From Clostridia bacterium (GTDB lineage: Bacteria > Bacillota > Clostridia > Christensenellales > UBA3700): 58,121 nucleotides of DNA. Positions 55,778-58,121 of this stretch are shown here, piece after piece. Position numbers and translations under genes: made by a program. Each line of letters opens with the position of its first letter. The stretch's first letter is position 1. The stretch spans positions 1 through 58,121 of the forward strand of contig JAEEWC010000022.1 in the NCBI GenBank assembly GCA_016287155.1, written 5' to 3'. A model generated the notes under the pieces. It searched no databases and was not told the origin of the DNA. It saw nothing but the letters and a program-made list of their open reading frames with translations.

Positions 55778-56636
55778 CTTTTACCATTGTACCTGCACCT
55801 TCATCAGTTAGAAGCTCCATTAAGATAGCATGAGGTACACGTCCGTCCATGATAACTACATTTTGGACACCTTTATGAATACCTGTTATACAGCATTCAA
55901 GTTTTGGAATCATACCGCCAGAGATAACGCCTTCTTCAGACAACTTCTCTGCTTCATCAATTGTAATTTCGCCAATTAGCGTTGATGGGTCATTCTTATC
56001 CATTAATATTCCTGCAACGTCTGTCATCATAATTAATCTTTCGGCCTTTAGGGCTCCAGCAATATGAGCAGCAGCAGTATCACCATTGATGTTGTATGTG
56101 TTACCTTGTTCATCACAAGCAACTGTTGAGATTATTGGAATATAGCCTCTAGATAATAAATCTTCTACTGGCTTAATGTTGATGTTTGTAATCTCACCAA
56201 CGTAACCTAGTTGAGGATCCTTCATCTTGGCTTCGATTAATCTACCATCCATACCAGAGATACCCATTGCCTTGCCGCCCTTTACGTTAATGAAATTTAC
56301 TAAAGACTTATTGATTTTACCAGCAAGAACCATTTGTACGATATCTACTGTTTCTTTATCTGTAACTCTTAATCCATTTACGAATTCAGCTTTCTTACCA
56401 AGCTTTGTCATCATATCTGAAATTTCTGGACCACCACCATGAACTAATACTACCTTTACACCAATTAAAGATAGTAGAACAATATCTTCCATAACTTGTT
56501 CTTTTAGTTGTTCATTAACCATAGCATTGCCGCCGTATTTGATAACAACAATTTTGCCACTATACTTTTTGATATTTGGTAGGGCTTGTGTTAATACTTC
56601 TGCGCGTTGTGCATTACTAAAATTCTTATCTAACAT
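55761..56636 (-). CDS. argB: acetylglutamate kinase
   Basis: Motifs VIKYGGNAM and VLVHGGGP. Confidence 0.95.
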   Translation of the reverse strand: MLDKNFSNAQRAEVLTQALPNIKKYSGKIVVIKYGGNAMVNEQLKEQVMEDIVLLSLIGVKVVLVHGGGPEISDMMTKLGKKAEFVNGLRVTDKETVDIVQMVLAGKINKSLVNFINVKGGKAMGISGMDGRLIEAKMKDPQLGYVGEITNINIKPVEDLLSRGYIPIISTVACDEQGNTYNINGDTAAAHIAGALKAERLIMMTDVAGILMDKNDPSTLIGEITIDEAEKLSEEGVISGGMIPKLECCITGIHKGVQNVVIMDGRVPHAILMELLTDEGAGTMVKGEKHV

Positions 56637-56650
56637 TTTTTATCTCCTAA

Positions 56651-57865
56651 TTATGTACGGTAGTCGCCGTTGATCTTTACATAGTCATATGTTAAGTCAC
56701 ATCCCCAAGCTGTTGAGAATGCATCACCATCGTTTAGATTTACGATGATTTCAATTTCGTTTTCAAGTAGTATTTGCTTTGCAATTCCTTCATCAAATGG
56801 AACACCTGCGCCATTCTTGCAAACTTCGATTTCGCCCTTTTTAGATTTGAAAGAAACGTCAATCTTGTTGATATCTACGCTTGCACCAGAATAACCGATA
56901 GCACATAGAACTCTTCCCCAGTTTGCATCAGCACCAAACATAGCTGCCTTTAGAAGTGATGAACAAATAACTGATTTAGCTACGATTTTAGCAGTTGGAA
57001 TGTTGTATGCATTGAATACCTTACATTCTAATAACTTTGTAGCACCTTCACCATCACCAGCGATTTCTCTGCATAGTTGAACTGTTACTGTATTTAAAGC
57101 CTTCATAAATGTCTTGAAGTTTTCATCATCTTTATCGATTTCTTTATTTCCAGCAAGTCCGTTTGCTAAAACTACTACCATATCATTTGTTGATGTATCT
57201 CCATCAATGCTTAGCATGTTGAATGTATCTTGGATATCACTCTTTAGTGCCTTTTGAAGCATTTGAGATGAAATAGCAACATCTGATGTAATAAAAACAA
57301 GCATAGTAGCCATATTAGGATGAATCATACCGCTGCCCTTAGCCATACCGCCAAGTTTGCAGATCTTGCCGTCGATTTCAAACTCTACGGCTACTTGCTT
57401 AGAACGTGTATCTGTAGTCATAATTGCTTCTGATGCATTATCATTACCAGAGGTAGATAAGCTTGCAACTAAATCTGGAATACCATTTCTGATAGGGTCC
57501 ATAGATAGAGGTAAGCCAATTACACCAGTAGAAGCTACGACTACATCGTTTTCCTTTACGTCTAATTTCTTAGACAATTCTTTTGCCATCTCTTCAGCAA
57601 TTTCAATACCGTTAGCATTACATGTGTTAGCGTTTCCTGAATTGCAAATAATAGCTTGAGCCTTACCATCTTTTAAATGCTCTTTAGTAACTATTAATGG
57701 TGCTCCTTTTACAAGATTTGTAGTATAAACTGCAGCAGCTGTTGCTGGAACAGTACTGTATACTAAGCCTAAATCTCTCTTTGTACGGCTCTTTCTAATA
57801 CCGCAATGAATTCCTGATGCGCTAAATCCTTGTGCAGCGCAAACACCACCTTTAATTAATTCCAT
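56651..57865 (-). CDS. argJ: bifunctional ornithine acetyltransferase / N-acetylglutamate synthase
   Basis: Autoproteolysis site [13 protein letters not shown]. Confidence 0.95.
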   Translation of the reverse strand: MELIKGGVCAAQGFSASGIHCGIRKSRTKRDLGLVYSTVPATAAAVYTTNLVKGAPLIVTKEHLKDGKAQAIICNSGNANTCNANGIEIAEEMAKELSKKLDVKENDVVVASTGVIGLPLSMDPIRNGIPDLVASLSTSGNDNASEAIMTTDTRSKQVAVEFEIDGKICKLGGMAKGSGMIHPNMATMLVFITSDVAISSQMLQKALKSDIQDTFNMLSIDGDTSTNDMVVVLANGLAGNKEIDKDDENFKTFMKALNTVTVQLCREIAGDGEGATKLLECKVFNAYNIPTAKIVAKSVICSSLLKAAMFGADANWGRVLCAIGYSGASVDINKIDVSFKSKKGEIEVCKNGAGVPFDEGIAKQILLENEIEIIVNLNDGDAFSTAWGCDLTYDYVKINGDYRT

Positions 57866-58121
57866 GGTTAGCTCCTTTTATATTTAGGGACGTTGTTTCG
57901 TCAAGTCCTAATACAATATTCATATTTTGAATGGCAGCACCTGATGCTCCCTTTCCAAGATTATCAAATCTTGAAACAAGAATAATTCTATCATCATTTC
58001 CATATACGCTAACACCCATATCATCAAAGTTTGCGTATTTGTTAGATGTTAAGAATCCTGATTCGTCTTCGTTTTCATCATAGTGAACCATATTTGTTGT
58101 GTATAAATTCTTATATACATC
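57852..58121 (-). CDS. argC: N-acetyl-gamma-glutamyl-phosphate reductase, C-terminal part (5' end beyond the window)
   Basis: [22 protein letters not shown]-terminal signature. The frame remains open to the window end. Confidence 0.9.
   Translation of the reverse strand, partial: DVYKNLYTTNMVHYDENEDESGFLTSNKYANFDDMGVSVYGNDDRIILVSRFDNLGKGASGAAIQNMNIVLGLDETTSLNIKGANHGIN

Noticed and set aside
1-58121. Alternative genetic code (TGA = Trp, as in Mollicutes) given the very low GC
   Set aside because: ORFs are contiguous and full-length under code 11. TGA works as a stop, for example at 35625..35627, where it overlaps the next gene's ATG, and TGG encodes the conserved Trp residues.

Overview
A 58 kb chromosomal segment from a low-GC Bacillota (Firmicutes) genome. 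It uses standard code 11: TGA is a stop at 35625..35627. I support 62 CDS, and 61 of them are on the minus strand. I found no rRNA, tRNA, CRISPR array, transposase or integrase. Most of the window is classic Firmicute core synteny: dxs-ispA-xseBA-folD-nusB-asp23, efp-pepP, ribF-truB-nrnA-rbfA-infB-ylxQ-ylxR-nusA-rimP, ispG-rseP-dxr-cdsA-uppS-frr, pyrH-tsf-rpsB, rarA, a complete hisZGDCBHAFIE operon headed by a YerC/TrpR-like gene, and argCJBDF. Accessory genes interrupt this backbone. The most notable is a roughly 7.7 kb, six-gene, translationally coupled operon (32662..40321). It encodes a large surface protein, a 3-TM protein, a vWA protein with a degenerate MIDAS, a PP2C phosphatase, a Ser/Thr kinase and a vWA protein with an intact MIDAS. 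The core is the TerY-P (vWA/PP2C/kinase) triad, here extended by a second vWA and two membrane proteins. Together with a monocistronic 76-aa gene, it splits the conserved ruvX-DUF1292 gene pair. Other points of interest are a 523-aa OB-fold plus DEDDh exonuclease in the slot where polC normally lies, a zinc-ribbon/poly-Glu protein, two further Listeria-Bacteroides-repeat surface proteins wedged into core operons, and candidate leader structures upstream of rpsB and rimP-nusA. All calls rest on reading motifs, synteny and hairpins by eye. No database search was run.
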